A DNA stretch of 9,481 nt from positions 1-9,481 of the IMG/VR virus record IMGVR_UViG_2711768076_000006; one strand, given 5' to 3'. The notes beneath the pieces were generated by a model that was given only the letters and a program-made list of their open reading frames with translations, was not told where the DNA came from and did not search any database. Shown here one piece after another: positions 1 through 6,601 of this stretch. The position numbers and the translations under genes were made by a program. Positions within the stretch are counted from its first letter, which is position 1. The number at the start of each line of letters is the position of its first letter. This DNA is from a virus (taxonomy: Duplodnaviria > Heunggongvirae > Uroviricota > Caudoviricetes).

Positions 1-676
1 GCAGCGGCGCAAGATTTTTTGTGCGCTGCTTCAGTATGCTGGTGGCGGTCTGCTCTCCCGGTACGATGTCGCTTTCGCGGTACACCGAGCGGATTTTTTC
101 CGCACGCAATCCCAGAGAACGACGTAATACTGCCTCCGGCAATACGTCCGCTACCTGATTGCAGACCGCCCACCAGGATAATTCAGCCAGCGATAACTCC
201 CGCTCCTGTGTACCGTTTATTGCGTGGCGGATGACGTCAATCATCCAGGATGTCAGGTTTTGTTGAGCAAGTTGCCCGAGTGATTCTGAAGTCTGGTCGC
301 GTAACTGATTATCACAGTGCCAGCACAATACCATCGCGCCGGTACCGTAACGATGTATGACGGTTTCACTGTGGTGGTAGTCACCATGAGGCCACTGGCA
401 GGATTTAACATGGCGTAACAGCCAGTCAGACAATGCGCCAGCGCCGCCAGCAGCACGAATCACCCGCTCATCGCTGAAAAATGGCAGTAATGATTTATCT
501 TCCGCGAGCGGCTGGCGCACGGCAGGAACAGCTCCTGACGGCAGACCGCGCATGCTTTTCGGTTCCGGCTCCACCAGCACCCGGGGATTATGAAATACCT
601 GCATGGATTCACGGCCCGGCTTAAGGACCACCAGCCCGAGTTCCGGTACCAGAACAGGTCGAAGTAATACCCGCAC
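1..676 (-). CDS. DUF968/YdfU-like prophage protein, N-terminal part only (C-terminus lies beyond the window start)
   Basis: Hand translation of the - strand gives one frame with no stop from 679 down to position 1 (about 226 codons); the ORF track omits it because it has no stop inside the window. Possible starts are GTG at 676 (GGAGG 4 nt upstream) or ATG at 604. Contains a CWHCDNQ and His-rich stretch. Sits next to hok and rem-like as in Qin (hokD-rem-ydfU). Confidence 0.55.
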   Translation of the reverse strand, partial: MRVLLRPVLVPELGLVVLKPGRESMQVFHNPRVLVEPEPKSMRGLPSGAVPAVRQPLAEDKSLLPFFSDERVIRAAGGAGALSDWLLRHVKSCQWPHGDYHHSETVIHRYGTGAMVLCWHCDNQLRDQTSESLGQLAQQNLTSWMIDVIRHAINGTQERELSLAELSWWAVCNQVADVLPEAVLRRSLGLRAEKIRSVYRESDIVPGEQTATSILKQRTKNLAPL

Positions 677-677
677 G

Positions 678-956
678 TTACCTCCAGATACGCTGCTGGA
701 ATGTGCGAGACGGACGCGGTGGGCGTTCAGAGTAAGGAAGCCTGACGGAGATTATCCAGTGACGATAATCGAGGCTGAGGGCTTTCTTAATCTCGTATCC
801 GTGTCTGCGGTAGCACTGAATTAGCCACTCGGCCTGTTCTTCAGTGCATGGGTCATGCTGGAACCAGTCAGATTTGAAAGTGCGGGAACGCCGCCCGTGC
901 CTGCTGGCAAAGACGGCAGAATCATCAGAATTGTGTAATTTGGTATCGTGCGCCAT
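678..956 (-). CDS. Rem-like small prophage protein (92 aa, function unknown)
   Basis: Trimmed from track ORF 678-1085. The 5' extension of that ORF covers the hok terminator hairpin at 1027-1055, so the ATG at 956 (MAHDTKL...) is the likely start. Its TAA stop is 1 nt from the GTG of the next gene (TAAcGTG). Position matches rem in Qin. Confidence 0.5.
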   Translation of the reverse strand: MAHDTKLHNSDDSAVFASRHGRRSRTFKSDWFQHDPCTEEQAEWLIQCYRRHGYEIKKALSLDYRHWIISVRLPYSERPPRPSRTFQQRIWR

Positions 957-1026
957 CGGTTGTCTCTGCTGGCGCAGCAGGTGCCAGTTGTTCAGGCTGG
1001 CGTGCGAATTGTAAACCAGAATGCCA

Positions 1027-1055
1027 GGAAAAAACAAAACCCGCCGAAGCGGGTT
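1027..1055 (-). terminator. Rho-independent terminator downstream of hok
   Basis: On the - strand, hairpin AACCCGC-TTCG-GCGGGTT followed by TTGTTTTTTCC, about 70 nt after the hok stop. Confidence 0.6.
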
Positions 1056-1123
1056 AAGTGCGGGTGCGTTGAGGATGCCTGACACATCAGAGGTGGCGAG
1101 GGATTTCTCCCCCGCCTGGTCTC

Positions 1124-1279
1124 TTACTCCTCAGGTTCGTAAGCTGTGAAGACAGCGACCTCCGTCTGGCCGGTTCGGATTCGTACCTCGCAGAGGTCTT
1201 TCCTCGTTACCAGTGCCGTCACTATGACGGTTAAACAGATGACGATCAGGGCGATTAACATCGCCTTTTGCTGCTTCAT
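1124..1279 (-). CDS. hokD: Hok/Gef-family type I toxin, 51 aa membrane peptide
   Basis: MKQQKAMLIALIVICLTVIVTALVTRKDLCEVRIRTGQTEVAVFTAYEPEE is a canonical Hok sequence and matches HokD/RelF as I recall it. AAGGAG lies 9 nt upstream of the ATG at 1279. Confidence 0.85.
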   Translation of the reverse strand: MKQQKAMLIALIVICLTVIVTALVTRKDLCEVRIRTGQTEVAVFTAYEPEE

Positions 1280-1336
1280 AGCCTGCTTCTCCTTGACCTT
1301 TCGGTCCGTAAGAGGCAATCTATATGTGACGAGCAT
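1124..1336 (-). CDS. mok: Mok reading frame (in-frame N-terminal extension of hok that couples hok translation)
   Basis: ATG at 1336 in frame with hok adds MLVTYRLPLTDRKVKEKQA, which resembles the N-terminus of chromosomal Mok peptides (mokC MLNTCRVPLTDRKVKEKRA from memory). Confidence 0.55.
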   Translation of the reverse strand: MLVTYRLPLTDRKVKEKQAMKQQKAMLIALIVICLTVIVTALVTRKDLCEVRIRTGQTEVAVFTAYEPEE

Positions 1337-1378
1337 ATAGGGGCCTCACTTCGATTTATAGTCGGGTGGGGCTTTTAT
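1315..1378 (+). ncRNA. sok: Putative Sok-type antisense RNA opposite the mok translation start
   Basis: Inference from hok/sok architecture. + strand TTGACC at 1293-1298 is a possible -35, but no good -10 hexamer follows at 16-19 bp spacing. Imperfect hairpin GCCTCAC (1343-1349) / GTGGGGC (1365-1371) is followed by TTTTAT. Boundaries are approximate. Confidence 0.3.
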
Positions 1379-1471
1379 CTATCTGCCGTTGGTGTTCATG
1401 CCCGAGGCAGATAGCCTCAAGCACCCGCAGCAATTCTACTTAACTCTGCCGTTACAGCAAACCGTTTTCGC

Positions 1472-1495
1472 CCGATATGGGAATTCCCATATCGG
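1472..1495. repeat. 24-bp perfect palindrome CCGATATGGGAATTCCCATATCGG, function unknown
   Basis: The sequence equals its own reverse complement. It lies between the solute-binding-protein gene 3' end and the hok leader, with no U-run on either strand, so it is not a canonical terminator. Confidence 0.9.
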
Positions 1496-1560
1496 AATGA
1501 ATTCAGTTCACCTGGCGAGGCTTAGCGTACAATTTTTTCCGTTTTGTGAGCTGCCCCTAC

Positions 1561-1612
1561 ATGCCGCTGGCGCGGCATCCGGAAAAAGAATCCACGTCCT
1601 GAAGGACGTGGA
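1561..1612 (-). terminator. Rho-independent terminator region for the solute-binding-protein gene
   Basis: On the - strand, hairpin TCCACGTCC-TTCA-GGACGTGGA (1591-1612) followed by TTCTTTTTCC, then a second hairpin ATGCCGC-GCCA-GCGGCAT (1561-1578); starts 6 nt after the stop at 1618. Confidence 0.55.
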
Positions 1613-1617
1613 GGATG

Positions 1618-2376
1618 TCAAGTGCCTTTCCTGGTCCAGCCATATTTTTTGAATGCAGGCGCCGCTTCATCGGTTTGTAGCCATTCTGCAAATCGACGGG
1701 TTTCATCATTTGCATCCTGACGTACTGTAATGTTCATATCACGCCATATCACGTAGTCTGGCGCTATTTCCACGACATCACCAATTTCTGGATTACTGGC
1801 TGCCCAGTCAGCCCAGGTTATCCAGACATCTGCTCCAGGCTGATTCTCAAGAGCCTTACGTGCAGTTCCGCTATTGGGCGCATATAAAATAATATTTTTT
1901 CGGATTGCGGCGACAGTTTCTATATTCCCTTTACGTCCGGCAATATCTTCCCAGACGCCAGTGCCTGATGTATTACTGGTACCACCACCATCATTAACAA
2001 TTACGCCAATCCCGGGTCTGGTCAGGTCGTCAATACTCCGGATATTTTTAGGATTACCTTTCTTTACCAGTAAAATACTTTTTCGCAGATAAAGAGGCTG
2101 AATATCTTTTTCACTGAAGCTGTCTTTATGGTCCCGAATGATAGCCAGAGCAGATTGTTCTGATGCGCCAAACAAGATATCTGCATTTTTTTTGGCATCT
2201 TCATTCCATTTGTTCTGTGGACCGTAATGAACGTTCACTATAACACCTGTTTTTTCGGCATAAAGTTTGGCTGCTTCAAGCAAGGCTGTATGCGGGCCAC
2301 CAGGACCATACAGATTGATATCAGCATAAGCAGCAGAAGACAGGAATATTAAAAAACCTGCCATTATGTTCCTCAT
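1618..2376 (-). CDS. Secreted periplasmic solute-binding protein, ModA/WtpA-like, with no cognate transporter genes in the window
   Basis: 252 aa. N-terminal signal peptide MRNIMAGFLIFLSSAAYA with an AYA-D cleavage site. Mature N-terminus INLYGPGG...AEKTGVIVNV and C-terminus ...FKKYGWTRKG follow the ModA-type binding-protein pattern as I recall it. AAGGAG 7 nt upstream of the ATG. A 260-bp AT-rich region lies upstream. Confidence 0.85.
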   Translation of the reverse strand: MRNIMAGFLIFLSSAAYADINLYGPGGPHTALLEAAKLYAEKTGVIVNVHYGPQNKWNEDAKKNADILFGASEQSALAIIRDHKDSFSEKDIQPLYLRKSILLVKKGNPKNIRSIDDLTRPGIGVIVNDGGGTSNTSGTGVWEDIAGRKGNIETVAAIRKNIILYAPNSGTARKALENQPGADVWITWADWAASNPEIGDVVEIAPDYVIWRDMNITVRQDANDETRRFAEWLQTDEAAPAFKKYGWTRKGT

Positions 2377-2540
2377 AAAAAACTCCTTTTATTGGTTATC
2401 ATGAAATAAAATTATAAACACCACAAATAATATATATTATATCCAGATAAACTTATCCGACTTTACCTCGTGCATAGCTTGTTATTTAAAGTTAACAAAA
2501 TAAGGAAAATTATACGCATATTGAAGAGTATAAACCTTAC

Positions 2541-2568
2541 ATGTTGATTACATTTTTGTAATCAACAT
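2541..2568. promoter_or_regulatory. 12-bp perfect inverted repeat (ATGTTGATTACA-TTTT-TGTAATCAACAT), candidate operator upstream of the solute-binding-protein gene
   Basis: Seen directly in the sequence, about 170 bp upstream of the ATG at 2376 in the AT-rich region. A TATAAT hexamer lies between the repeat and the gene on the - strand (near 2505-2510). Confidence 0.4.
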
Positions 2569-2794
2569 CCTGTTTGGAATAGCCAGCCTTTAATGGATAA
2601 CTATTTCTGACAATGCAATGAGTATAATCAAGTCCATCTTCCACTGAGAATTAGAGGCGGCATGCTTTTTCCGGCTCTTGCCGGATATCCGTAATTGTCC
2701 ATAATCTGCAGATTTATACCTTCTGCATGACCTGTCAGCGAAAATTTGTCCGGTGTTTCTACGGGAATGACATCAAAAGTTACACGCACTCGCG

Positions 2795-3106
2795 TTACCG
2801 TGTAGACCTACTTTCCTGCACTTGCAAGATCACAGTGGTGTAACCGTAACAGGAATTTATTCTCTGGACCGGCAGTAAATCCCTGAGTGGCGTGGTTCCC
2901 ATATCAATTTCCCGCCAGGCAGCCTCCATTGCCAGCGTACAGGCTGGAGCCATGACCTGCCCTTTAAATCTGGCCCGACCATCCCACCGGACGTGTTCTT
3001 CTCCCCTGAACTTAGGTACAGTCATCTCCAGTGGCACAAAAGTGTCAGCGCCATGATTTTTGACCGTTATCGCGCTACGGATATTTTGTTGACTGGTGAA
3101 AATCAC
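2795..3106 (-). CDS. Hypothetical protein (103 aa), weak call, possibly a gene remnant
   Basis: Track ORF that starts with GTG and has no clear RBS; no family recognised. It is in the same frame as the DUF1627-like gene but separated from it by at least three stop codons. Confidence 0.2.
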   Translation of the reverse strand: MIFTSQQNIRSAITVKNHGADTFVPLEMTVPKFRGEEHVRWDGRARFKGQVMAPACTLAMEAAWREIDMGTTPLRDLLPVQRINSCYGYTTVILQVQESRSTR

Positions 3107-3235
3107 CCCGCAGAATCAGGCTTATTCCCTTAACCCGGGATTTCATCCTGACCGCCGCCTCACTACGACCAATCAGACTGCCGATGCATTTTACCTTCAT
3201 TGTTAGTATCATGATTTCAGGCCTGCACCATCCGC

Positions 3236-4033
3236 TCATTGCCCGGACTTCCGACAAATCCCGGCAACCATATCCCGGTGCTTGTTCAACTCCCGCAGCG
3301 CGGCGCAGACTCGCTCCCACTTCTGGACATGATTCTTCGCCCTACGCAGTTCGCGATTTGCCATATGCAGCGATGGCAAAATCAAATCATCTTCTCGCGT
3401 TGCAGTAAACGATGGCAGCGACTGCACAATGTCCGCCACAGTTTCTGTTTTAATATCTTCCTGTGTTGCATCTTTCTGTACCGGTAACGCAACACCGGCT
3501 GGCTGAGGAAAGGCTTTACCATCGGTTTCCGTTACCGATACGGCTTTCGGCTTTGCTGGTAAATTATCGTCCGGCATGCAGTAACGGAATTTACCGTTCT
3601 GATTTACGCGAATCAGACGCCCTTTGCTGATTGCCATTGCCAGCGTTGAAGCTACTTTGCGTGATGTGGTACCGAACAACGTAGCCAGTTCATCCGCCGT
3701 TTGTGGTCCGCGTTGTTCAATCGTCGCGGTTAAATCGCACTCTGAGATTTTCGCTACTGTTGCTGTGGTGGTTTCTTCCGGCAGCTCTGCCTGCGCTGGC
3801 TGTTCCTGCTGAACGTTGTTATCAGCCACACGCCAGGTGTACGCGCTTTTATCAACAAAACCAGCCTTTTTCAGTTCCCATAGTTCGTTAAGCACTTCTT
3901 CACGACTGACATCAAGTCGCGCCGCAAGTTCTATGGATGTGGCTTTTCCCATTGCTTTCAGTGCGTCAAAAACAGTCTCCATTAAATTTTTTTCCTGGTA
4001 AAAATTACTTTGTGATTCCTGGCTGGACGACAT
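3236..4033 (-). CDS. DUF1627-like prophage protein with an N-terminal winged-helix-like domain and an acidic linker
   Basis: 265 aa ORF directly downstream of the DnaC-like gene, the usual position in Rac-type prophages (ydaW position). The ATG at 4033 overlaps the DnaC-like 3' end by 29 nt; the alternative ATG at 3982 ([13 protein letters not shown]...) is also possible. Confidence 0.75.
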   Translation of the reverse strand: MSSSQESQSNFYQEKNLMETVFDALKAMGKATSIELAARLDVSREEVLNELWELKKAGFVDKSAYTWRVADNNVQQEQPAQAELPEETTTATVAKISECDLTATIEQRGPQTADELATLFGTTSRKVASTLAMAISKGRLIRVNQNGKFRYCMPDDNLPAKPKAVSVTETDGKAFPQPAGVALPVQKDATQEDIKTETVADIVQSLPSFTATREDDLILPSLHMANRELRRAKNHVQKWERVCAALRELNKHRDMVAGICRKSGQ

Positions 4034-4751
4034 TCGGGCGCCAGCTTTCCCAGTTAAAACTCACCCAGCGTCCGCCGTTCATGGTCATGCGATCCATAAT
4101 CCGCTCACCGAGCAATGTTTTCATGGCCTCATAGTTCAGGTTTGTCAGCATTCCCACGCTACGCATCGACGCTGTCCGTCGATCAATAATCTGGTGCAGT
4201 ACTACCTGCTCGTTTTTCGTCTCGCGCTGAATGCCAATTTCATCAAGAACCAGCAGATCCACTTCGCACAGTTCCCGCAATAATTTTTCGCCTGACTGCC
4301 CGTCGTCATAGCTGGCATGCAGGGCACTCATAACATCAGCCACGGTAACCACAATCACTGCCTGACCGTCTTTCAGCAGGCGATTTCCGATAGCTGCCGC
4401 TAAATGGTTCTTCCCGGTACCAGGTTTTCCGCTGAACGCAAAATTTGTACACCCGGTCATCAGTTCATCGGCGATGGATTTCGCCTGGCTTAACGCGTAT
4501 CGCTGGCCGTCGTTCTGCACCTGGTAATTTGCAAACGAGCATTTACGATGCAACGGCTGGATGCCTGAGCGATTCAGAATTTTTTCCACCCGCAACTGAC
4601 GATTCAGGCGGTTGATCTCCTCGCTACGTTTTCGCCCTTCTGCAAGCTGCCACTCTCGCCACTCGTCCACTGTCCGGCACGGCGCGGTTACATGCTGCGG
4701 AGTCAGCTTACGGATACGTTCAAGAACACCGCCTGTCGCAATATTTTTCAC
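4005..4751 (-). CDS. DnaC-like replicative helicase loader (AAA+ ATPase), YdaV-like
   Basis: 248 aa with Walker [16 protein letters not shown] and Walker [12 protein letters not shown] start with GGGGG 9 nt upstream; begins 7 nt after the O-like stop. Confidence 0.9.
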   Translation of the reverse strand: MKNIATGGVLERIRKLTPQHVTAPCRTVDEWREWQLAEGRKRSEEINRLNRQLRVEKILNRSGIQPLHRKCSFANYQVQNDGQRYALSQAKSIADELMTGCTNFAFSGKPGTGKNHLAAAIGNRLLKDGQAVIVVTVADVMSALHASYDDGQSGEKLLRELCEVDLLVLDEIGIQRETKNEQVVLHQIIDRRTASMRSVGMLTNLNYEAMKTLLGERIMDRMTMNGGRWVSFNWESWRPNVVQPGITK

Positions 4752-4757
4752 AGTTCG

Positions 4758-5723
4758 TTACCCCCTAAACCCCGGCGGAATTTCGGTGTCTGGTTCAGAA
4801 ATATGATTCACACAACGCTGTACAGGTGAACGCCCCAGGCGGATGACCAGTTCGTCCCATTTTTCGCGGAGCTTTGACGGGCTCATGATGTTTTTTACCC
4901 AGAATGGATCCCGCTGTACCCGCCCAAACATTTCGCAAATTTGTCTGTGAGTTCTGCCATCCAGCATCCGCATTGTGCGCACATCATTGGCCCATGCGGT
5001 CCAGTTTGGTTCTTTCGGTCGCGAGATCTCGCCATCATCGCTGGCAGCCTGCTCGTAAAGACTCACAATTCGTCCCCAGATCCACTGTGCGCACGCCAAA
5101 TCTTCCTGACTTCCCCACTGGCGTTTTTTCGCACTGAACACAACCGCGTCAGGGTGTCGGGTTAAAAAATCCTGTTCAGCCGTCTGCGGGTCCGGTTGCG
5201 AAGCTTCCGGACGAGAAGTGTTTTTATTCTCTGTAGTAATCTCTGTTGTATTCTCTGTAAGATCATCAGGCCATTTTGACCCGATGACATTGGGTCGTTT
5301 TGAACCAATGGAGCGTGCCATTTTGACCTCTTCCATCGTGTCATTTTGACCTGATGGAGCGGTGCATTTTGACCTGATGGATTCGCTCACTTTGCCACCA
5401 TCTAAAAGCTCACTCTCGTAATTAATCGTGTAAAAATTAGTCATATCACGCTTTGATTTGTTGAGCTTTTCACAACGCAAAAGCCCCAGCGTTTTCAGAC
5501 TTGCAAATGCGCGTTTTAACGTTGACTCTGACCAGAACGGGAACTGTTCCAGCCATTGTTCTGTTGTGTTATAAATCCAGCGAACACCATCACATTCCAT
5601 GCCGGAACCGGTATCTCTCAACCAGTAATGCAGCTGCTGCAACACGATGGCTTCGTTCAGACCAATTTTCATCGCCAGCTGCGTGTTTATAACCAGCGGG
5701 CGTTCAGCAAAAAGGAGCTTCAT
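4758..5723 (-). CDS. Phage replication initiator (replisome organizer, lambda O-like / YdaU-like)
   Basis: 321 aa. Lies immediately upstream of the DnaC-like gene, and the origin iterons are inside its coding sequence, as with lambda O. Confidence 0.88.
   Translation of the reverse strand: MKLLFAERPLVINTQLAMKIGLNEAIVLQQLHYWLRDTGSGMECDGVRWIYNTTEQWLEQFPFWSESTLKRAFASLKTLGLLRCEKLNKSKRDMTNFYTINYESELLDGGKVSESIRSKCTAPSGQNDTMEEVKMARSIGSKRPNVIGSKWPDDLTENTTEITTENKNTSRPEASQPDPQTAEQDFLTRHPDAVVFSAKKRQWGSQEDLACAQWIWGRIVSLYEQAASDDGEISRPKEPNWTAWANDVRTMRMLDGRTHRQICEMFGRVQRDPFWVKNIMSPSKLREKWDELVIRLGRSPVQRCVNHISEPDTEIPPGFRG
5227..5396. repeat. Probable prophage replication origin: six iterons at 23-bp periodicity plus an adjacent AT-rich block with three 12-bp repeats
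   Basis: CATTTTGACC-type repeats start at 5272, 5296, 5319, 5342, 5365 and 5388 (the second and last are degenerate). TCTCTGT repeats at 5228, 5240 and 5252. All lie inside the O-like gene. Confidence 0.7.
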
Positions 5724-5744
5724 CCCCTCCCCCAGAACACGTTA

Positions 5745-6170
5745 TCAATGCGCCACCACGGCATTTCCCGCCGGACCACCACGATTCATCTGATTGAAAC
5801 CAGCAATTACCACCGCGACAAGTTCATCAGCGTCTCTCACCAGTCGTTCATGCGTATCCACCAGTTCCCGAAAATAATCGGAACTGTGGCTGCGCATCCA
5901 GGCCACCAGCGGAGGTGGCATTGCCTTTTCGATCGCTGGTAACAAAGCCTGAATTTTTTTAACCGCATCAGGGGTGTCTTTCTCCACCCAGCGGAAAATT
6001 TTCTGAGTATTGCGAGCCAGGGCTTCCGGATGGCTGTCGTCATACAGTTCCGGGAATGTCATACCCAGCTCAAAATAAGCCCGGGTTATTTCAGCTGCCG
6101 GAACTTTTTCACCGTCCGGACGCGCCCAGGCATTCATCGCCATGCGGATGTGTTCATGCTTGATTTTCAT
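5745..6170 (-). CDS. ydaT: YdaT-like protein (toxic partner of the RacR-controlled ydaS-ydaT operon)
   Basis: 141 aa. AAGAGG 10 nt upstream of the ATG; overlaps the ydaS-like 3' end by 17 nt. Position and size match Rac ydaT (about 140 aa). Confidence 0.8.
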   Translation of the reverse strand: MKIKHEHIRMAMNAWARPDGEKVPAAEITRAYFELGMTFPELYDDSHPEALARNTQKIFRWVEKDTPDAVKKIQALLPAIEKAMPPPLVAWMRSHSSDYFRELVDTHERLVRDADELVAVVIAGFNQMNRGGPAGNAVVAH

Positions 6171-6477
6171 GAATCATTTGCCTCTTGATGCTTCGGGTAT
6201 GATCGTTTTTGTCATTTGGTTGCTTCATCGACATATTCTGCGAATAACATGACGAACGTCGTAAGTATGACCAGTCAACATCAGGACGAAGTTCTTCACA
6301 CAGGACTCCACCTTTTGTTGCTCGTTCAATCGCTGGACATCTCTCGGCAGGCAACCGACGTACACCTTTGATCCATTGATTTACGCTTGGAGGCGATACC
6401 CCTAAAAGTCTGGCCATTGCTGATTGCCCACCAACAACAGCACAAGCTCGTTTGAATGAATAGTTCTCTTTTTTCAT
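6154..6477 (-). CDS. ydaS: YdaS-like Cro/HTH-type DNA-binding protein
   Basis: Start taken at ATG 6477 (MKKENYSFKRACAVVGGQSAMARLLGVSPPSVNQWIKG...), with GGAG 9 nt upstream. Divergent from the repressor, with operators in the shared intergenic region. Confidence 0.8.
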   Translation of the reverse strand: MKKENYSFKRACAVVGGQSAMARLLGVSPPSVNQWIKGVRRLPAERCPAIERATKGGVLCEELRPDVDWSYLRRSSCYSQNMSMKQPNDKNDHTRSIKRQMIHENQA

Positions 6478-6499
6478 CGAATGAACTCCAAAAAACACA

Positions 6500-6572
6500 C
6501 AATGATATTAGGCGGCGCCTAATATCATTGTCAATAGGCTATGCCTAACAACCAAGAGGTAGGGATTGCCTA
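6500..6572. promoter_or_regulatory. Right-operator-like region: three TAGGC-N3-GCCTA palindromes in the racR/ydaS divergent promoter region
   Basis: Cores at 6509-6521 (inside a 14+3+14 bp perfect palindrome, 6500-6530), 6535-6547, and 6560-6572 (TAGGG variant). Centre-to-centre spacing is 26 and 25 bp. Confidence 0.6.
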
Positions 6573-6601
6573 ATGCAATGCACATAGGAGACTATTAAGC
6601 A

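Noticed and set aside
19-234. + strand ORF (71 aa) at the window start
   Set aside because: Lies antisense to the long stop-free - strand frame (ydfU-like); Pro/Arg-rich shadow composition and no RBS.
253-456. - strand ORF (67 aa, GTG start)
   Set aside because: It is in a different frame from the 226-codon stop-free frame covering the same region, which is the more likely gene.
603-824. + strand ORF (73 aa)
   Set aside because: Antisense to the rem-like and ydfU-like genes; Arg/Thr/Ser-rich, no RBS.
957-1085. N-terminal extension of track ORF 678-1085
   Set aside because: The extension covers the hok terminator hairpin at 1027-1055, so the start was moved to the ATG at 956.
1146-1340. + strand ORF (64 aa) opposite hok
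   Set aside because: Antisense shadow of hok/mok; this region is expected to give the Sok antisense RNA, not a protein.
1389-1652. + strand ORF (87 aa)
   Set aside because: Covers the hok leader, the 24-bp palindrome and the moron terminator hairpins; no RBS and not protein-like.
1874-2092. + strand ORF (72 aa)
   Set aside because: Entirely inside and antisense to the solute-binding-protein gene.
2671-2684. CCGGC-TCTT-GCCGG hairpin as a possible terminator
   Set aside because: The T-run precedes the hairpin on the + strand and an A-run follows it on the - strand, so it is not a canonical intrinsic terminator on either strand.
3075-3408. Overlapping ORFs 3075-3320 (-) and 3184-3408 (+)
   Set aside because: Both overlap the 3' end of the DUF1627-like gene in other frames or antisense; no RBS and odd composition. 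A very short peptide (MKVKCIGSLIG...) cannot be excluded.
3624-4134. + strand ORFs 3624-3812, 3703-3891, 3816-4001, 3937-4134
   Set aside because: All antisense to the DUF1627-like and DnaC-like genes; shadow ORFs.
4612-5692. ORFs 4612-4806 (+), 4904-5137 (+), 4941-5165 (+), 5162-5344 (-), 5501-5692 (+)
   Set aside because: Inside the O-like and DnaC-like genes in antisense or alternative frames; Arg/Ser/Cys-rich shadow composition.
5556-6043. ORFs 5556-5942 (+) and 5837-6043 (-)
   Set aside because: Overlap the ydaT-like and O-like genes; the ydaT-like frame has the RBS and operon context.
6478-6498. Upstream start of the ydaS-like ORF (MFFGVHS...)
   Set aside because: The ATG at 6477 has a well-spaced GGAG; the upstream start would put the gene inside the operator palindrome.
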